Position numbers and translations under genes: made by a program | NCBI GenBank assembly: GCA_035583355.1 | Contig: DATEZQ010000012.1 | Coordinates: 24,683 to 88,682 of the forward strand | DNA from: Minisyncoccota bacterium | GTDB lineage: Bacteria; Patescibacteriota; Minisyncoccia; Phycocordibacterales; UBA6899 | Length of the DNA stretch: 64,000 nucleotides | Direction of reading: 5' to 3' | Part shown: positions 18,286 to 28,898 of the stretch, piece after piece | Numbering within the stretch: the stretch's first letter is position 1 | Layout of the letters: each line of letters starts with the position of its first letter | The notes under the pieces: generated by a model | Seen by the model: the letters and a program-made list of their open reading frames with translations, nothing else | Told to the model about the DNA's origin: nothing | Database searches by the model: none

Positions 18286-20742
18286 TTATTCATTATCTCC
18301 GAGCACCGATCTGAGCTGATCGAGCGGAACCTCTTTCGGCTGCTGCTTCTCCTCAACTGGAGTAGCAACAAGCTGCACTGGTGGCTCTACTCCATCACCC
18401 TCGAGAGCAGGTGCCGCTGCGGTTTTTTCCTGAAGTTTCTTTAGTGCTTCAGCAAGTGCATCAAGCTTCTCTGGGGTGGGACTCTTGTTATCAACACGGG
18501 GCGCCACATTGCGCGCCTCTGACTTTGCAAGTTCACGTTTGAGATTCTCCGTACGCGTGCGATCGACAGGACGTTCTGTACGCATGGAGTCCTTACGCTC
18601 TTCTTTCTTGCCATCATCACGGCGAGTATCCTCTCGTCGAGACTCCTCCCTACGGGGCTCGCGACTAGGAACTGACGGCGGTGCAACATGTTGCTGCGTA
18701 TGTGTCTTTGGACTTACTGGCACCACTACATATTGCGGCCCAAAGGCATGAGGTGACGGGAGCGGAGCTTGTGCAGGAGGATACGGATACTGCATCTGCT
18801 GCGAAGGATATTGCGGATACTGCGGCGCGTAATGCTGCGGATAATATGATTGTTGCGGCGGCGCAGGATACGGATACTGCGGCATTGGCTGCGGAGGATA
18901 ATAGTGTCCCGGCATAGCAGGTGGCAATGCGTAAGGATATCCCGGATGCTGAGGCTGCGCATAAGGAGCAGGATGATATTGCTGTGGCGGTGCGTACTGC
19001 TGCGGAGGCTGCTGCTGGTATTGCGGCGGCATCTGTTGCTGCGGCGCGGCATACTGCTGCTCCTGCTGTGGTTGTTGAGACGGGCGCTGCTGATCATATG
19101 AACCAAAGTTGTCTCGTGATCCCGCAGGAGCTGCATTCACGCGTGCAAGTGCATCACGCAATGCAGGGCCTCCCGGCATTGGTCGCTCACTCTGACGCGG
19201 TGCATACTGTGGTCGATCCTGTCCACCTCGATCATCACTACGCGGAACATAAGAAGGACGATCACCACGGTCGCGATCATTATCACGAGGAGGATATGAC
19301 GGGCGGGGACCTTGTCCACCACCATCACGTGACCCCGAAGAAGATCCTTCATAACGTGGTCGATCAGGACGTGCACCCGGAGAATATTTCTGCGTCTTTG
19401 GCGCATCACTAGTACTCCCCCCTTCTTTTACTGGCCTGAACCACACATTGATGTCGGCATCAACCTGTTCGCGTGGTCTTCCAAACTGCTTTCGGGAAGC
19501 ATCGATGACTTCTGCAAGATAGGTATGCTCGGGCATTGGCGGACGGTCTTCAGTGCGTGCGGAAAACGGAGCGGAACTTGCTCCACGGATCATGAGCTTA
19601 AGGTAGATCTGCGCAAAACCAAGGCTCACGAAATCATCAACAACGAATACTGGCGCAAATTCTTTCTCCAAAACTTCGGCATCCGTAGAACCCACACGGA
19701 AGGTGATCATTGTACCAACGTTTCCAAACACCGCGGAGCGCACTTCGTCCGTCATCTGATCAATATATTGATGTGCGATTGTGAGACAAAGTTTATACTT
19801 ACGTGCCTCAGAGAGAATATCCGCAAACGACTCATTCGCAAAGGATTGAAACTCATCGACATAAAGATAGAATGGTGGGAGTTCCTTGAGCTCTCCTGGC
19901 GTTACTTCGGCGCGGCTCATTGCAGCCAAATACATCTTCGTGATGAGCATAGCACCAAGGAGCGCAGCATTTCCTTCACCAATGCGGCCCTTACTCAAGT
20001 TCACAATGAAGATCTTTCGATTATCCATCATCCAACGAATATCGAATGTGGACTTCTCTTGTCCAACAATGTTACGAATGAGTGGATTTGCAGAAAATTG
20101 TCCAACCTTGTTTTGGATAGCAGATGCAGCTTCTGTTGCGAACTTCTCGGTATACTTCGCAAACTCATCTACCCAGAATGAACGCACAGAGGCATCTTTC
20201 ACGTTATTCACCACCATTTCACGAAAATCCTTGTCAGCGAACATACGATTCACACCAAGGAGTGTCGAGCCGGGAGTTTCAAGTAGTGCAAGGAGTGCAT
20301 TCGAGAGCAAGTATTCCATACGAGCACTCCATGCATCCACCCACACCTTCTTGAAAGCACCCATGAGCCCTGACGCAATGAGTGGTCGCTTCTCTGGTCC
20401 CATATCCTCAAGCACATTCATCGCAAGTGGATACTCCACATCAAATGGTGCAAAGTAGACGACATCATTCACACGTTCCTTTGGAACATACTGCAAAAGC
20501 GCCTCAGCGGTGCCTCCGTGAGGATCGATAAAACAAACTCCTTCCCCATTCTGAATATCTTGAATTGCGAGGTTTTCGAGCAAGGTAGATTTACCCATAC
20601 CCGTCTTACCGATGATGTACATGTGACGCGCACGATCCTCAGCACGAATGCCGAATTTCACGCGTTGTCCACGGAAGTCAGTTTCAGCGAAATAGGTAAT
20701 CTTTTCTTTGTCGTATTTCCAGCTCATAGTGGCGTTATACAT
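18286..20742 (-). CDS. TraD/TraG/VirD4-like (type IV coupling protein / HerA-FtsK superfamily) ATPase with long P/Q/Y-rich C-terminal tail
   Basis: Walker A IIGKTGMGKSTLLENL is followed by CFIDPHG. The C-terminal ~330 aa are a low-complexity proline/glutamine/tyrosine region (PQQYAPPQQYHPAPYAQPQHPGYPY...). Confidence 0.5.
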   Translation of the reverse strand: MYNATMSWKYDKEKITYFAETDFRGQRVKFGIRAEDRARHMYIIGKTGMGKSTLLENLAIQDIQNGEGVCFIDPHGGTAEALLQYVPKERVNDVVYFAPFDVEYPLAMNVLEDMGPEKRPLIASGLMGAFKKVWVDAWSARMEYLLSNALLALLETPGSTLLGVNRMFADKDFREMVVNNVKDASVRSFWVDEFAKYTEKFATEAASAIQNKVGQFSANPLIRNIVGQEKSTFDIRWMMDNRKIFIVNLSKGRIGEGNAALLGAMLITKMYLAAMSRAEVTPGELKELPPFYLYVDEFQSFANESFADILSEARKYKLCLTIAHQYIDQMTDEVRSAVFGNVGTMITFRVGSTDAEVLEKEFAPVFVVDDFVSLGFAQIYLKLMIRGASSAPFSARTEDRPPMPEHTYLAEVIDASRKQFGRPREQVDADINVWFRPVKEGGSTSDAPKTQKYSPGARPDRPRYEGSSSGSRDGGGQGPRPSYPPRDNDRDRGDRPSYVPRSDDRGGQDRPQYAPRQSERPMPGGPALRDALARVNAAPAGSRDNFGSYDQQRPSQQPQQEQQYAAPQQQMPPQYQQQPPQQYAPPQQYHPAPYAQPQHPGYPYALPPAMPGHYYPPQPMPQYPYPAPPQQSYYPQHYAPQYPQYPSQQMQYPYPPAQAPLPSPHAFGPQYVVVPVSPKTHTQQHVAPPSVPSREPRREESRREDTRRDDGKKEERKDSMRTERPVDRTRTENLKRELAKSEARNVAPRVDNKSPTPEKLDALAEALKKLQEKTAAAPALEGDGVEPPVQLVATPVEEKQQPKEVPLDQLRSVLGDNE

Positions 20743-20809
20743 GCATTATAGCACAATTGCATTATGGAAATAACAAAAAACCCGACCGAGAGGTCGTGTT
20801 TTTCTATCA

Positions 20810-22120
20810 CTATTGTGCAGCGGAAATCGGATTTGCGGGCTGGATATATGCAGCATCAGTATAACGATTCGATGGATCCCAAGCCATGTAGCTTTTTACA
20901 CCCACTTTCACACTGCTATTTATTTCTGCACGCACATCAGCCGCAGTATAAATCTTTCCATAATTGAAATCCTGAATCCAAGTTCTATACTTTTCGGGAC
21001 CAAAGCCCTTCGCCTTTGCACGTTCTACTGCCTTACCCATAACGAATTCCGTCAGTGGTCCGGGCACAGTATTTGGATCTTTCCAGTTATTGAAACCCTT
21101 TGGATAATGTGATGGATAGACCATAGGCGCAACAAAATCAAAGTGTGGGAGTATATCTTCGAGATATTGCCCAATACCAAGATCGTCACTTGCAGTCGTC
21201 ACCATACCAAAGATATCCACAGAAGTTGGGATCTTTCGAGAACGCATCTCCTCACCGATATAAGTGAAGAATGTCTTCATGACCATTTGCTTCGTTGTTG
21301 AACTATTGTGTGCAAAGGACATGTTTGCAAGATTTCCATCAGTTGGGAAGCGTACGTAGTCGAAGTTTACTTCATCGAATCCCGCATCATATGCGGCGAC
21401 AGAGACATCACGAATGTATTTCCAGAAATCTTTTGAACTTGGATCAACAAATGCGAGTCCTTTATTATCCTTCCATATTCCCCCGTTATCTTTGCGCTTC
21501 ACTGCCTCATTAGGATGATGATCAGCATAGTAAGGATCCTGCATCACTGCAACACGAGCAATGCGATAAATACCCTTTGCTCCAAGCTCAGCAAGGAACT
21601 CATGCATATCCTTCACAAGACAAGACTTGCCTCCAGTAGGAAAATTTGGATTCCCTAAGTCAACGGAGATGTACCCCGTATAGTCCTTCACATCGATAAC
21701 CAGTGCATTGAGGCTTGAATCTTCGAGCAGCTTTAACATAGGTGCACGCAAACCCGCACCACTTGCGATACAACTTGTCATATACGCTGCACGCACTACA
21801 TCTGGCGTTTTTTGGTGCACAACTATCGGGCGAGTCTTCGGCGAAGTAGTGCCTGAACTTGTGATACTTTGCGCAGAAATAGGAGCAACACCATCGGTTT
21901 TTACATCGATTGGCGTGACTGAGTTTTGTGTTGTCGATGCAGTCGACGATGCGTTCATTGCGGCATTGCGCGCCTCTTCTGCTGCAATCTCTTTTGCGAC
22001 CGCTGTGCGGTCATACGTTACTGTTGCGCCGCCACCAAACGCCATAGAGATCATCAAAAGTGCTGCCAGGATAAGTACTCCCAGCACAAAGTGCTTCATT
22101 GTAGAGGTTTCAGGTTGCAT
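20810..22120 (-). CDS. secreted putative glycoside-hydrolase-like TIM-barrel protein (DUF4015/GHL-like)
   Basis: N-terminal TM/signal sequence and Ser/Thr-rich linker. The conserved core (YxxxVDVKDYTG ... DEVNFDYVRFP) resembles DUF4015 putative glycosyl hydrolases. Confidence 0.35.
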   Translation of the reverse strand: MQPETSTMKHFVLGVLILAALLMISMAFGGGATVTYDRTAVAKEIAAEEARNAAMNASSTASTTQNSVTPIDVKTDGVAPISAQSITSSGTTSPKTRPIVVHQKTPDVVRAAYMTSCIASGAGLRAPMLKLLEDSSLNALVIDVKDYTGYISVDLGNPNFPTGGKSCLVKDMHEFLAELGAKGIYRIARVAVMQDPYYADHHPNEAVKRKDNGGIWKDNKGLAFVDPSSKDFWKYIRDVSVAAYDAGFDEVNFDYVRFPTDGNLANMSFAHNSSTTKQMVMKTFFTYIGEEMRSRKIPTSVDIFGMVTTASDDLGIGQYLEDILPHFDFVAPMVYPSHYPKGFNNWKDPNTVPGPLTEFVMGKAVERAKAKGFGPEKYRTWIQDFNYGKIYTAADVRAEINSSVKVGVKSYMAWDPSNRYTDAAYIQPANPISAAQ

Positions 22121-22128
22121 GAGGAATA

Positions 22129-22746
22129 TTACGAGTGAGTCTCTGCACGCGAGTCCTCAAATGAATTTGTATTTGGCTGAAAGGGTACATCTGCGGGCTG
22201 TACCTGTGCTTCTTCGCTTAACGTGACACGGGCTACATTCTTTCGTACGCGACGCGGTGTCGTCGGATGCGCATATGGGAGTGTACTCGTTGCTGCAGGA
22301 ATCTCATATTGCGGAGTTGCGGGCTGTGCCATGCGTGCGCGCTTGCGGACAGGCGTTTCGATTGGTGATGGAATCACATACTCAGACTGTCGCTCTGCGA
22401 CAATGACGGGAGTGAAAGCTTCTTCCTTCGGATGCGCAACGGGAAGCTCCTGCATCGATGGAACAAAAGGTGAAGGTTTTGCATCGGGGAGAGCATTAGT
22501 TTTTTCCTGCGGAAGCATCTTTGGGCGCTTCGAAAAAAGCAATACTGCGGCCATAAAAAGTCCGAGCACTGTAGTTACGTAGGTATCGATGGAATGGGAA
22601 AATCCAAACCAAGGAAAAGCAGCGATAACGAGTGCGATGCCGATGAGAAGTTTGCGTGCCATACTCGTATTATAGAGTATGTTCTTGTTTTCTTCTAATG
22701 TGGATAGCGCACGTCCATAGGATAAATGAGTTCCGTCAATGACCAA
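22129..22746 (-). CDS. hypothetical membrane protein
   Basis: Hydrophobic helices (LLIGIALVIAAFPWFGF...LGLFMAAVLLF); no recognisable motifs. Confidence 0.35.
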   Translation of the reverse strand: MVIDGTHLSYGRALSTLEENKNILYNTSMARKLLIGIALVIAAFPWFGFSHSIDTYVTTVLGLFMAAVLLFSKRPKMLPQEKTNALPDAKPSPFVPSMQELPVAHPKEEAFTPVIVAERQSEYVIPSPIETPVRKRARMAQPATPQYEIPAATSTLPYAHPTTPRRVRKNVARVTLSEEAQVQPADVPFQPNTNSFEDSRAETHS

Positions 22747-22789
22747 TTTTCATGTAACAAAAATGTTCTCCGTGGGGAGAACATTTTTA

Positions 22790-23470
22790 CTACATTTGAT
22801 TGATTGCGACCACGAATTCACCTCGGACTTTGTCCGGATGGGCAGCGTAATAGGCACGCACTTCCGCTGCGGTACCAATCTGTACTTCCTCAAACATTTT
22901 TGTGAGTTCTCGGCAGGCCGCAACTTTCCGATCTGCGGGAAGATACTTCTCGAGCGACTCAAGTGTCTTTTCGATACGGTGCGGAGATTCGTAAAATACT
23001 ATCGTGCGCTCTGTTTCTGCTATTTCTTTAAAGAGTGTCTCTCTCCCCTTCTTGTGCGGGAGAAAACCGAGAAAAAGAAACTGTGCTGAAGAGAATCCTG
23101 TCGAGACAAGCGCGGTGAGGAGTGCGGAAGCACCCGGAATTGCAATCACCTGCACGTCGGGCAGATGCTCACGTACAAGCTGGACAAGGAGTACCCCAGG
23201 ATCTGAAAGCGTCGGAGTGCCCGCATCAGATACAAGTGCGAGATCTTGACCGTCACGGAGAAGCTCAAGGATATCATCATGTTTCCCTGAACTACTCTGT
23301 GCGTGGTAGCTCATCGTCGGTACATGGATATCATATTTCGCGAGCAGATTCCTCGTCACGCGCGTGTCCTCACAAAGGATCTTATTGACCGATTTGAGGA
23401 CATTTAGCGCCCGCAGCGTGATATCTTCGAGGTTGCCAATTGGAGTAGAGACTATATATAGTGTCGCCAT
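22790..23470 (-). CDS. rsmI: 16S rRNA (cytidine1402-2'-O)-methyltransferase RsmI
   Basis: LYIVSTPIGNLEDITLRAL...ILCEDTRVT motif of the tetrapyrrole-methylase-fold RsmI. Confidence 0.85.
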   Translation of the reverse strand: MATLYIVSTPIGNLEDITLRALNVLKSVNKILCEDTRVTRNLLAKYDIHVPTMSYHAQSSSGKHDDILELLRDGQDLALVSDAGTPTLSDPGVLLVQLVREHLPDVQVIAIPGASALLTALVSTGFSSAQFLFLGFLPHKKGRETLFKEIAETERTIVFYESPHRIEKTLESLEKYLPADRKVAACRELTKMFEEVQIGTAAEVRAYYAAHPDKVRGEFVVAINQM

Positions 23471-23568
23471 AGAGGCATGTTAGCACAATATCCCAATAAT
23501 CAAAAACAAATATTGTGTGCTAAAAAACTCATATTTGTACACATTGTGCGCATGCCAAGACTCGAACT

Positions 23569-23692
23569 TTCTCGTCTTTACCCGTGAACGACTCAGCGCA
23601 GCTGAATCGTGAGTTGATAGCCGCACGGTGGCGCGACCTTGTCGGGCAAGCCAGCCCCGGTGCCCGAAGGGCCTGGCTTTTCAGTGATGCGC
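23569..23692 (-). ncRNA. structured repeat element, copy A (unclassified family)
   Basis: Shares the core GTCGCGCCACCG(Y)GCG(K)C(W)ATCAACTC plus downstream hairpins with copies B (23756-23850) and E (26871-27010). Hairpin stems differ by compensatory changes. Confidence 0.35.
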
Positions 23693-23755
23693 AAATAAAA
23701 AAGCCTTAAATAGATTCATTGATTTACAAGGTGCGCATGCCAAGACTCGAACTTG

Positions 23756-23850
23756 GGACCTCGTTTTACTGGATAGGGCTAGTGCGCAGCAATAGCCCGA
23801 GTTGATTGCCGCGCGGTGGCGCGACCTTGACCAGCAAGCGAGCCTGGTGT
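23756..23850 (-). ncRNA. structured repeat element, copy B
   Basis: Same conserved core. Hairpin GGGCTA-TTGCTGCGCAC-TAGCCC versus AAGCCA-CTGCTGCGCAT-TGGCTT in copy E, indicating covariation. Confidence 0.35.
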
Positions 23851-23883
23851 AAAGAAAAATCCCTATCAAATATTTATGTTCAA

Positions 23884-23959
23884 GGTGCGCATGCCAAGAC
23901 TCGAACTTGGGACCTCGTCATTATCAGTGACGCGCTCTAACCACCTGAGCTACACGCGC
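23884..23959 (-). tRNA. tRNA-Ile (anticodon GAT)
   Basis: The reverse complement folds as a cloverleaf. Acceptor GCGCGTG/CATGCGC, D-arm GCTC-AGGTGGTTA-GAGC, anticodon arm CGTCA-CTGATAA-TGACG, T-arm CCAAG-TTCGAGT-CTTGG, discriminator A. Confidence 0.8.
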
Positions 23960-24010
23960 ACTTTGAACACAAATATTTAATTGGGATCGATTTTTCTTTA
24001 CCTCGCTTTT

Positions 24011-24047
24011 CAGTGACGCGCTCTAACCACCTGAGCTACACGCGCAC
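24011..24047 (-). other. tRNA-Ile(GAT) 5'-half fragment (acceptor 5' strand to anticodon loop)
   Basis: 37 nt identical to positions 1-37 of the adjacent tRNA-Ile, followed by diverged sequence (CACTGAAAAGCGAGG). Confidence 0.6.
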
Positions 24048-24217
24048 TTTGTAAACCAATGAATATATTTAAGACCTAAATCACTCGCTTTCGCGTAGAG
24101 GCAATATACCAAAAATTCAGTGGAAACGCAATAGGTAAAGGCGCAATTCAGGATTACCCTTGACGCACTAATCTGGTCTGTTATGGTTAAAACAGAACTT
24201 CACCACAAGGAGTCCAT

Positions 24218-24553
24218 ATGGACAACCCCTCACTGCTCCTTTCAGGACTTCGCCTCAACAAAGCCCTCCAAGTTTGTGCTCCCGAAGAGCACAAAGCACT
24301 ACACCGAGCGATTGAAAAATTACTCGAAAGTGCAGGCCTCGAGCGCCCTCCCGGGAAAGAGTATGTCGTCACACTGACTGAAATACTCACCACGAGAGAA
24401 ATCACTGGGTCAGTTCGTGGAATGGTGACACTCGACCTTGCGCTCGACGGATTCTTCGATGCGCTCTTCAAGTTTACCCAGAACCGCTCGGACATCAGCG
24501 CGCTTTGCTGCGCTATCGGCCTCTACCGCTCGCGGATCAATCCGCGATCCTAA
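24218..24553 (+). CDS. hypothetical protein
   Basis: 111-aa ORF with AAGGAG RBS, followed by intrinsic terminator 24550-24583. Confidence 0.45.
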   Translation: MDNPSLLLSGLRLNKALQVCAPEEHKALHRAIEKLLESAGLERPPGKEYVVTLTEILTTREITGSVRGMVTLDLALDGFFDALFKFTQNRSDISALCCAIGLYRSRINPRS

Positions 24554-24583
24554 TCAAAAGCCCCATACGTGGGGCTTTTTCTC
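24550..24583. terminator. bidirectional rho-independent terminator
   Basis: aaagccccatacgtggggcttttt hairpin between convergent ORFs. Confidence 0.6.
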
Positions 24584-24585
24584 TA

Positions 24586-25044
24586 TCACGAACGAATGAT
24601 GAGTTCCGGGAATTGTGCTTGTACGAGCGCTGCAGTGCGCTTGCGATTTTCTTCTGCACCAAACTCACTACTCTTACCTTGCACCGCCCACTGCATATCT
24701 TTATCAACATAGGGATCGATCTTTTCAAAATAGCCTCCACCAATACAAGTCACCTTCTCACCCAATTCACCCCCAAGGATATTTACAATATCAGAGTGCA
24801 ATTCTGCCCTCCTGCGCGGAAGCGTAGCAAACAACTCTTCTCCTGTTGCTGTGCGTACAATAACATACTTCCCATCCACAGGCCCCTCATCCTCTTCTGC
24901 AAAATGATAAAAACTAAGCTCGGGCACTACCTCCTTCACTTCGTGCTTCACGTCCTCCTCTGCATTAAGCATCTGCCCTTCAGACACCTCTTCATTTCCT
25001 ATTCTTTCCATCCTGTAATTGTAGCATATACGGTTATTGTGCAT
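24586..25044 (-). CDS. hypothetical acidic protein
   Basis: 152-aa ORF (the alternative start MERIGNEE is 11 codons in); no recognised domain. Confidence 0.35.
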   Translation of the reverse strand: MHNNRICYNYRMERIGNEEVSEGQMLNAEEDVKHEVKEVVPELSFYHFAEEDEGPVDGKYVIVRTATGEELFATLPRRRAELHSDIVNILGGELGEKVTCIGGGYFEKIDPYVDKDMQWAVQGKSSEFGAEENRKRTAALVQAQFPELIIRS

Positions 25045-25137
25045 ACAAATTCTCGCTAGCCAAAGTACACACTTTGCTTGACATTTAATACAACTATGTC
25101 ATAATTTCCATAGACCACATTTCAACAAGGAGACACC

Positions 25138-25545
25138 ATGTCCACCAGTGATTCGCCCGCTCTCGTCAACACAAGGGATTTCCTCGCCAAGCAAGTTCGT
25201 GCACTGCTCATCTGCCTCGCCGTGCTCACAGCAATCCTCCTCCTCGGTCGACCCGACGGAAGGCATCTTTTCCTGCTGGCGCTCTGGGGATTCACCATGT
25301 TTTTTACCTTTAGCGCGACGGCCGGCTTCATCGCAAATCTCATCTCCATCACAGTCCTACTGACTGGCGGAGAAGTGCATCGTAAGACGATACATGCGTT
25401 CACTGCGATTCTGTCTGTCTTCATCGCAATCACTGCGAGCGTGCTGTTCACTACCCTCCTCGGGAAACCAGCTAACCCCACAATCGCCTTCTTCATGATC
25501 ATCTTCGCGGAGCTCGCTGCACACATCAGTGCATTTCAGGACTAG
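25138..25545 (+). CDS. hypothetical membrane protein
   Basis: AAGGAG RBS and three to four hydrophobic helices. Terminator caaaaacgcccacccgggcgtttttt follows at 25555-25585. Confidence 0.45.
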   Translation: MSTSDSPALVNTRDFLAKQVRALLICLAVLTAILLLGRPDGRHLFLLALWGFTMFFTFSATAGFIANLISITVLLTGGEVHRKTIHAFTAILSVFIAITASVLFTTLLGKPANPTIAFFMIIFAELAAHISAFQD

Positions 25546-25609
25546 CTCCCCCTCCCCAAAAACGCCCACCCGGGCGTTTTTTCTTTTACACTCTCTTCGA
25601 CATTATGAC

Positions 25610-26680
25610 CTAATCGCCCGTATCATACTTTTCGAGATACGTATTTAGTTGTCTGTTAACCATGATGAAGGTTGCGCGCTTTGGGAGCTCCTTGAGGAAG
25701 CTTGCGCCAAGATAGGTTGCAGTGCTACGCAACGCACCAAGGAGATCCTGAACGAAAATATGCAGATCTCCCTTGTGGGGAAGCAGTACATAGCGCCCCT
25801 CGCTCGCACGATGCGCATCTTTTTTCCCATAATGTTCGATCATTGCCTTATTTGAAGAGGAGCCGAAATACTCCTTATAGAGCTTTCCATTCTTCTCGAC
25901 TGTTTCTCCCCCACTCTGTTCAAATCCTGAAAAGAGTGAGCCGCACATATTGAAATCAGCACCACCACAAAATGCTTTTGCGATGTCGGAGATATATTGC
26001 TGTCCGCCATCGGCAATGATTCTCCCCACTCCTTGTGCATTTCGAATACCGTGCGCTGCATCCGCGCATTCAATGACCGCAGAGAGTTGCGGATAACCGA
26101 CACCGGTCATGCGCCTAGTAGTACATGCGGCACCTGAGCCAATACCTACCTTAACGATATCCGCACCCGAGAGAATGATCTCTTCAGCCATTTCGTTGGT
26201 CACGATATTCCCTGCGACGATGATATGTTCAGGAAACATTGCACGCACTGACTTGATCGCATCGATGAAACGCTGCAAATATCCATTGGGCACGTCGAGA
26301 CAAATGAATGAAAAATTCTTCATGAGACCAGCGGCATCCATATCGCGGAGTTTCTGCATGTCTTCGTCTCGTATACCTAGGCTGTACGCAACATAATCAG
26401 GGTTATTGAATTGAGCAAAGAATTCCTTGAAATCATCCACCGTATAATACTTATGGAACGTTGTAATGATCTTATATTCTGAGAGCACCCTCGCCATCTC
26501 AAATGTCCCCGAAGAAGCCATGTTTGCGGTCATGATCGGCATACCAGTCCACTCCTTTGGCGAATGATAGAACGTAAACGTTCGCTCCAGTACAACGTCC
26601 TTTCGTGATTCGAGTGTACTTCGCTTTGGCTTGAGGAGTACATCTGCGTAATCCAACTTCATGTCATTATCTATGCGCAT
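25610..26680 (-). CDS. guaC: GMP reductase
   Basis: Near-collinear similarity to GuaC (MRIxxDxKLxxxDVLxxPKRSTLxSRxDVxLERxFTF ... GADIVKVGIGSGAACTTRRMTGVGYPQLSAVIECADAAHG). Confidence 0.8.
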   Translation of the reverse strand: MRIDNDMKLDYADVLLKPKRSTLESRKDVVLERTFTFYHSPKEWTGMPIMTANMASSGTFEMARVLSEYKIITTFHKYYTVDDFKEFFAQFNNPDYVAYSLGIRDEDMQKLRDMDAAGLMKNFSFICLDVPNGYLQRFIDAIKSVRAMFPEHIIVAGNIVTNEMAEEIILSGADIVKVGIGSGAACTTRRMTGVGYPQLSAVIECADAAHGIRNAQGVGRIIADGGQQYISDIAKAFCGGADFNMCGSLFSGFEQSGGETVEKNGKLYKEYFGSSSNKAMIEHYGKKDAHRASEGRYVLLPHKGDLHIFVQDLLGALRSTATYLGASFLKELPKRATFIMVNRQLNTYLEKYDTGD

Positions 26681-26870
26681 ATATCGCCATTATAGCAGTT
26701 GCGGCAAAAGAAAACATGTAAAAACCTACCGCAATCATGAAATACAACATGTAAAGCCCCCATTCATCGAGTATTTAAATATTTGAAAATTTCAAAAATT
26801 TAATAAAAACCATCCAGTTCTTCCCTACTTTGAATCTAGGCGTATGCAAGTACTTGATCAATTCTTGATG

Positions 26871-27010
26871 TCTACCCGTGAACGACTCAGCGCATGAAAT
26901 TCTCTATCGGAAAAAGCCAATGCGCAGCAGTGGCTTGAGTTGATAGACGCGCGGTGGCGCGACTCCTACCGGTATCAGCGCCTGGTGCCGAGTTCTCGAG
27001 GCCGCTGATA
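26871..27010 (-). ncRNA. structured repeat element, copy E (in 16S downstream spacer)
   Basis: Same core and loop motif CTGCTGCGCA. It shares TGCGCTGAGTCGTTCACGGGTA with copy A. It is present in only one of two duplicated spacer units. Confidence 0.35.
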
Positions 27011-27384
27011 TTGCCTCATTTTACTTCAAATAGCGAGACGTTCCCAAAGGGAACGCCCCGAGCGTTGAGAATTCCCATAACCAATATTTAAACATTTGAA
27101 AATTTAAATATTTAACAAAAAGAAAAACACCCTTCCGGGTATTTCTTTACATTGACTACTGAGTGTTACGCAAGTTCTTAATCAATTCTTGATTCACTAT
27201 CAAGATAAGGTTGGAGAATATAAAATTCTCTATTGCCTCATTTTACCCCCTCGCTAACGTATTTGCGAGGAAATCCGACGTGCGACACCAGCACGTTAGG
27301 TCATGACTTAAATGGAATTTCATGATATCCATGTTTCTTGAAGAAACAATCGACGATCAGTGATCATATAAATATGAATCACGC

Positions 27385-28898
<1,514 letters not shown>

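Larger units (their letters stand above)
23546..23909 (-). repeat. three direct copies of the tRNA-Ile 3' end (GTTCGAGTCTTGGCATGCGCAC) at 23546-23567, 23731-23752 and 23886-23907
   Basis: Identical 22-24-nt blocks. The copies at 23729-23765 and 23884-23920 share about 37 nt, covering the variable loop through the acceptor 3' strand. Only the last belongs to an intact tRNA. Confidence 0.7.

Noticed and set aside
18441-19412. Several 80-160-aa ORFs on both strands (for example 18726-19136, 18850-19101, 18921-19412).
   Set aside because: They are alternate-frame or antisense artefacts of the repetitive P/Q/Y-rich, RD-rich coding region of the TraD-like gene.
23545-23850. Units A and B as intron-containing or long-variable-arm tRNAs sharing the tRNA-Ile 3' half.
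   Set aside because: No 5' acceptor strand complementary to CATGCGC is present within 150 nt upstream. Unit A also lacks the T-stem 5' strand. They were treated as tRNA 3'-end repeats fused to a structured element instead.
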